From Bacteroidota bacterium (GTDB taxonomy: Bacteria > Bacteroidota > Bacteroidia > Flavobacteriales > Flavobacteriaceae), in contig JAYWGW010000059.1 in the NCBI GenBank assembly GCA_043778045.1, positions 552 through 64,551 on the forward strand: DNA of 64,000 nt, written 5' to 3'. The notes under the pieces are model-generated. The model saw only the letters and a list, made by a program, of their open reading frames with translations, was not told the DNA's origin and did no database searches. Shown in pieces: positions 59,897 to 64,000 of this stretch. Position 1 is the stretch's first letter; the number at the start of each line of letters is the position of its first letter. A program made the position numbers and the translations under genes.

Positions 59897-62125
59897 ATGC
59901 AGATGATTGACATTGACATCGAAGCCGAAAACAAAGCCATTGCCCACGAATACAAAGAGTTACTGCGCATTAGTTATCAAACTTTAACTACCGACGACAA
60001 AAAACTTATTCGTAAGGCATTTGATGTAGCCGTTGATGCGCATAAAGATCAACGACGCAAATCGGGCGAAGCGTATATTTTTCATCCGATTGCGGTGGCA
60101 AAAATTGTTGCATCTGAAATTGGTTTGGGAGCCACGGGAATTGCCGCAGCATTGATGCACGATGTTGTGGAAGATTCGGAAATCACGGTGCAAGACATTG
60201 AAAAAATGTTCAACCCAAAAGTGGCGCAGTTGGTGGAGGGTTTGACAAAAATATCTAAGGTTCAAAAAGATTTGAACGTGTCTATGCAAGCCGAAAATTT
60301 TCGTAAAATGCTTTTCACATTAAACGATGATGTGCGTGTTATCCTTATCAAACTTGCCGACAGATTGCACAATATGCAAACCATGGATTCGATGGTGGAA
60401 TACAAACAAACAAAAATTGCGTCCGAGACCTTATATATATATGCGCCACTTGCGCACCGTTTGGGTTTATATAATATCAAAACTAAGCTTGAAGATTTAG
60501 GTTTAAAATACACAGAGCCAGTAATTTATAATGATATTGTTTCTAAAATAAAAGAAACAAAAGAAGAACAAGACGCCTATATCAAAAACATTTCCGACGT
60601 TCTCAAAAAATCGCTTGATATTGAAGGTGTGGAATATACAATAAAGGGCAGGCCAAAATCCATTTATTCAATTCGCCGAAAAATGAAAGCGCAAAATGTG
60701 AGTTATGACGAGGTTTATGACAAATTTGCGCTACGAATAGTGTACAAAGCCAACCCGCACGACGAAAAATTTTTAGCTTGGAAAATATATTCTATTGTAA
60801 CGGACAACTATCGACCGAGTCCAAGCCGATTGCGTGATTGGATATCATCCCCAAAATCAACAGGTTACGAAGCGTTGCACATTACCGTAATGGGTCCGCT
60901 CGGGCGTTGGGTCGAAATTCAAGTACGTTCAGAACGCATGGACGAAATAGCCGAAAAAGGATATGCGGCACACTATAAATATAAAAACGGTGCCACCGAA
61001 GAAAGTGGACTTGATGTTTGGTTGAATTTGTTGAAGGAAGCGTTAGAAAACCAAGAAACGAACGCCGTGGATTTCGTCGAAGATTTCAAAATGAATCTCT
61101 ATTCAAAAGAAATTTTTGTGTTTACGCCAAAAGGCGAGATAAAATCATTGCCAAAAGGCGCCACGTCACTTGATTTTGCATTTAGCATTCACTCGGCAGT
61201 GGGCGTTCACACACGCGGTACGCGCGTAAATGGGAAATTGGTTCCACTTAATTTTGAACTTAAAAGTGGCGATCAAATTGAAATTATCACTTCGCCAAAT
61301 CAAAAGCCAACCATGCATTGGCTTGATTATGTGACGACTGCCAGAGCAAAAAATAAAATTAAAAATGTGCTGAATGAAGGTACAAAAAAAATTGCCGAAG
61401 ATGGCAAAGAATTGCTTACAAGAAAATTGCGCCATCTGAAAGTGACACTTAGTGAAGCTGTTGTAAACGAACTGGTAGTACATTTCAAACTGAAAACCAG
61501 CTTAGATTTGTTTTACAGAGTGGGCATGGGAACCATCGAAAATGGACAATTGAAAGAGTTTGCTGCGCTGAAAAGCAACTCAATCATGAATTTTTTTAAG
61601 AATAAAATCAAGCGTTCGCCGACTGTCGCGCCAACAGAGCAAATTCATAAAAACGAAATCAGTAACAATTTCGATTTATTGGTGTTTGGTGGTGAGCAAG
61701 ACAAGTTGGACTATAAACTTTCAAGCTGTTGCAACCCAATTCCGGGCGACGAAGTTTTCGGGTTTGTGACCATCAATGAAGGTATAAAAGTGCACAAAAA
61801 AGACTGCCCAAACGCTATCAGCATGCAATCAAACTACGCGTATAGAATTATAATTGCAAAATGGATTGACTCATCTCAGCAAGAGTTTAAAGCCATTCTG
61901 AACATCACAGGAATGGACAGCATGGGACTTACAAATGAACTCACGAAAGTGATTTCGGGCAATATGCATGTTAACATCCAAAGTATTTCACTCACCACAG
62001 ATGCAGGAATTTTTCAAGGAACCGTCGCAGTTGTTGTGCGAAATAACGCCATTTTAAAGCGTTTGACTGACAATATCAAGAAAATTGATGGCATTGAAAA
62101 AGTAACTCGCGTGTATAATAATTAA
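59897..62125 (+). CDS. relA: Bifunctional (p)ppGpp synthetase/hydrolase (RelA/SpoT)
   Basis: HD domain (ALMHDVVED), KLADRLHNM, GRPKSIYSI, TGYEALH, EIQVR, TGS (FTPKG) and ACT domains. Confidence 0.95.
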   Translation: MQMIDIDIEAENKAIAHEYKELLRISYQTLTTDDKKLIRKAFDVAVDAHKDQRRKSGEAYIFHPIAVAKIVASEIGLGATGIAAALMHDVVEDSEITVQDIEKMFNPKVAQLVEGLTKISKVQKDLNVSMQAENFRKMLFTLNDDVRVILIKLADRLHNMQTMDSMVEYKQTKIASETLYIYAPLAHRLGLYNIKTKLEDLGLKYTEPVIYNDIVSKIKETKEEQDAYIKNISDVLKKSLDIEGVEYTIKGRPKSIYSIRRKMKAQNVSYDEVYDKFALRIVYKANPHDEKFLAWKIYSIVTDNYRPSPSRLRDWISSPKSTGYEALHITVMGPLGRWVEIQVRSERMDEIAEKGYAAHYKYKNGATEESGLDVWLNLLKEALENQETNAVDFVEDFKMNLYSKEIFVFTPKGEIKSLPKGATSLDFAFSIHSAVGVHTRGTRVNGKLVPLNFELKSGDQIEIITSPNQKPTMHWLDYVTTARAKNKIKNVLNEGTKKIAEDGKELLTRKLRHLKVTLSEAVVNELVVHFKLKTSLDLFYRVGMGTIENGQLKEFAALKSNSIMNFFKNKIKRSPTVAPTEQIHKNEISNNFDLLVFGGEQDKLDYKLSSCCNPIPGDEVFGFVTINEGIKVHKKDCPNAISMQSNYAYRIIIAKWIDSSQQEFKAILNITGMDSMGLTNELTKVISGNMHVNIQSISLTTDAGIFQGTVAVVVRNNAILKRLTDNIKKIDGIEKVTRVYNN

Positions 62126-62223
62126 ATTTTTAGATGATTAGATTTTTAGATTGTTACACGATTCGATTGTACAAAACTTAATTATAATAGAAAACAAATT
62201 CGAAATACTTATTCATTTTTATT

Positions 62224-62231
62224 TATATTTG
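62224..62231 (+). promoter_or_regulatory. -7 promoter element upstream of fur
   Basis: TATATTTG. Confidence 0.45.
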
Positions 62232-62362
62232 CAATTATGTCATATCGGTTGTTAGATGTGGTTTTTCATTACTTATAAGTATCATGTAAACAATTAGTTT
62301 TTAGATGTTTGTATCAATACAAAACCTTTCAACTTTATGACTTTCAAACTTTCGACTAACCT

Positions 62363-62824
62363 ATGACACTCATTTCCGCAAACAACCCAAAAAATCAGGA
62401 TATTGTAAAAAATGTTTTTACAAAATATCTTGAGCAAAAAGGCCATCGAAAAACGCCCGAACGATATGCCATTTTGCAAGAAATATATGATAGCGAAGAG
62501 CATTTTGATATAGAAAATCTTTACACCAAAATGAAAGACAAAAACTATCGTGTCAGTCGCGCCACGCTATACAATACCATTGAATTGCTTTTGGATTGTG
62601 CCTTAGTGCGCAAACACCAATTTGGACAAAATCAGGCGCATTACGAAAAATCTTATTTCGACAAAAATCACGACCATATCATCATGACCGACACGGGCGA
62701 AGTAATGGAATTTTGCGACCCACGCATTCAAACCATAAAAAAAACCATCGAAGAGATTTTTGATATCGACATCACAAACCACTCACTATATTTCTACGGA
62801 CAAAAAAGAAATACAATAATATAA
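62363..62824 (+). CDS. fur: Fur family transcriptional regulator
   Basis: [25 protein letters not shown] and HDHII motifs. Confidence 0.9.
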   Translation: MTLISANNPKNQDIVKNVFTKYLEQKGHRKTPERYAILQEIYDSEEHFDIENLYTKMKDKNYRVSRATLYNTIELLLDCALVRKHQFGQNQAHYEKSYFDKNHDHIIMTDTGEVMEFCDPRIQTIKKTIEEIFDIDITNHSLYFYGQKRNTII

Positions 62825-62833
62825 TAATATTTT

Positions 62834-62992
62834 GGGCGCATCCCGCCGATTGCTTCGTGCCTCGCAATGGCGGGTCGGGCTATACGTTCCCAAACTTTTT
62901 GCCTTTAAAGTCATTGCAAGGCACGAAGCAACCTCTTGAAAGGCAAAAAGGTTTTCCACTGCTACTTGTCCGCCGGGGCGGATCCCTTGCGC
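62834..62992 (+). repeat. REP/MITE-like element, copy E, with complementary hairpin loops and an extra mini-palindrome
   Basis: Close relative of copy B; identical 21-mer gattgcttcgtgcctcgcaat; extra tccgcc-gg-ggcgga at 62969-62982. Confidence 0.85.
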
Positions 62993-63035
62993 AACCCACA
63001 TTACATATAAAAATACCCACAAAAAAATACAAAAA

Positions 63036-64000
63036 ATGACCGCAGATTTACTATTAGGCCTTCAATGGGGCGATGAAGGAAAAGGAAAAATTGTAGACGT
63101 ACTTACCTCTAAATACGACATCATTGCTCGTTTTCAAGGCGGACCAAACGCAGGACACACACTTGAATTCGACGGAATAAAACATGTTTTGCGAACCATT
63201 CCATCGGGAATATTTCATAAATCGTCAATCAACATTATAGGAAACGGCGTGGTTATCGATCCCGTAGTTTTTCAAAAAGAATTGGAGGGATTGGCAAAAT
63301 TTGATATCGACATTCAGTCCCGATTGCTTATTTCGCGTAAAGCGCACCTTATACTTCCCACACACCGCTTGCTCGACGCGGCATCTGAAACTGCAAAAGG
63401 CAAAGCCAAAATTGGTTCGACACTTAAAGGAATTGGACCAACATACATGGACAAAACTGGTCGAAACGGTATTCGCGTAGGCGATATCGAAATGGACGAT
63501 TTTAAAGACCGATATCGTGCCTTGGCAGACAAACACGAGGCCATGATTGCGTTTTATGATGTTGCCATTCAATACAATTTGACCGAAATGGAAAAAGAAT
63601 TTTTTGAAGCAATCGACCAGCTCAAAAAATTGGAATTCATTGATAGCGAAGAATATCTTTATAATGCGCAGATAGAAGGAAAATCTATTCTTTGCGAAGG
63701 CGCACAAGGATCTTTATTGGACGTAGATTTTGGAACATATCCGTTCGTAACCTCTTCGAACACAACGGCGGCGGGCGCCTGCACGGGACTTGGCATTGCC
63801 CCAAACAAAATCAAGGAAGTATATGGTATTTTCAAAGCCTACACCACCAGAGTGGGAAGTGGCCCGTTTCCAACAGAACTTTTTGATGAAGATGGCGAAA
63901 CAATGGCAAGTGTTGGCAACGAATTTGGATCGGTTACAGGTCGTAAGAGACGTTGCGGTTGGTTGGATTTAGTAGCTTTGAAATATGCCGTTCAAATCAA
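63036..64000 (+). CDS. purA: Adenylosuccinate synthetase (runs off the window end)
   Basis: Manual translation MTADLLLGLQWGDEGKGKIVD..., GGPNAGHT, EGAQG.LLD.DFGTYP.VTSS and G..TGR.RRCGWLD. Confidence 0.97.
   Translation, partial: MTADLLLGLQWGDEGKGKIVDVLTSKYDIIARFQGGPNAGHTLEFDGIKHVLRTIPSGIFHKSSINIIGNGVVIDPVVFQKELEGLAKFDIDIQSRLLISRKAHLILPTHRLLDAASETAKGKAKIGSTLKGIGPTYMDKTGRNGIRVGDIEMDDFKDRYRALADKHEAMIAFYDVAIQYNLTEMEKEFFEAIDQLKKLEFIDSEEYLYNAQIEGKSILCEGAQGSLLDVDFGTYPFVTSSNTTAAGACTGLGIAPNKIKEVYGIFKAYTTRVGSGPFPTELFDEDGETMASVGNEFGSVTGRKRRCGWLDLVALKYAVQI

Noticed and set aside
299-63972. Many 60-190 aa ORFs in the track antisense to or overlapping clear genes (e.g. 3449-3784, 37724-38287, 55183-55683, 63225-63707)
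   Set aside because: Shadow frames of well-supported genes with no recognisable motifs

Overview
AT-rich Bacteroidota chromosome segment, most likely Flavobacterium. The assignment rests on TAnnTTTG promoters, the rpmB-rpmG-DUF4295-ftsY gene order and a T9SS-type C-terminal domain. Most of it is housekeeping: cinA, rpmB/rpmG, ftsY, dapD, mazG, def, queE, ruvX, meaB, trxB, udk, the methylmalonyl-CoA mutase subunits, relA/spoT, fur and a partial purA. Accessory parts are (1) a ~15 kb surface-glycan locus of two convergent operons (7535-22357) with gmd/fcl, a ColD-like His-type PLP 3-dehydratase, an extra SDR reductase and a GT2-GT4 fusion; (2) a LytTR + lipoprotein amidohydrolase unit (23109-25718) that splits a heptamer repeat tract and ends in a long attC-like imperfect palindrome, with no integrase in the window; (3) the RDD/SpoIIM/DUF4129/DUF4350/MoxR/DUF58 cluster; (4) a RelE/ParE toxin-antitoxin pair between the two mutase subunit genes. 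The intergenic DNA is highly structured: five copies of a modular REP/MITE-like element, all co-oriented with transcription and two with mutually complementary hairpin loops, plus many degenerate 7-9-mer arrays with a consistent strand polarity relative to genes. No rRNA, tRNA, CRISPR array or transposase was found. All family assignments are from motif recognition by eye; no database searches were run.
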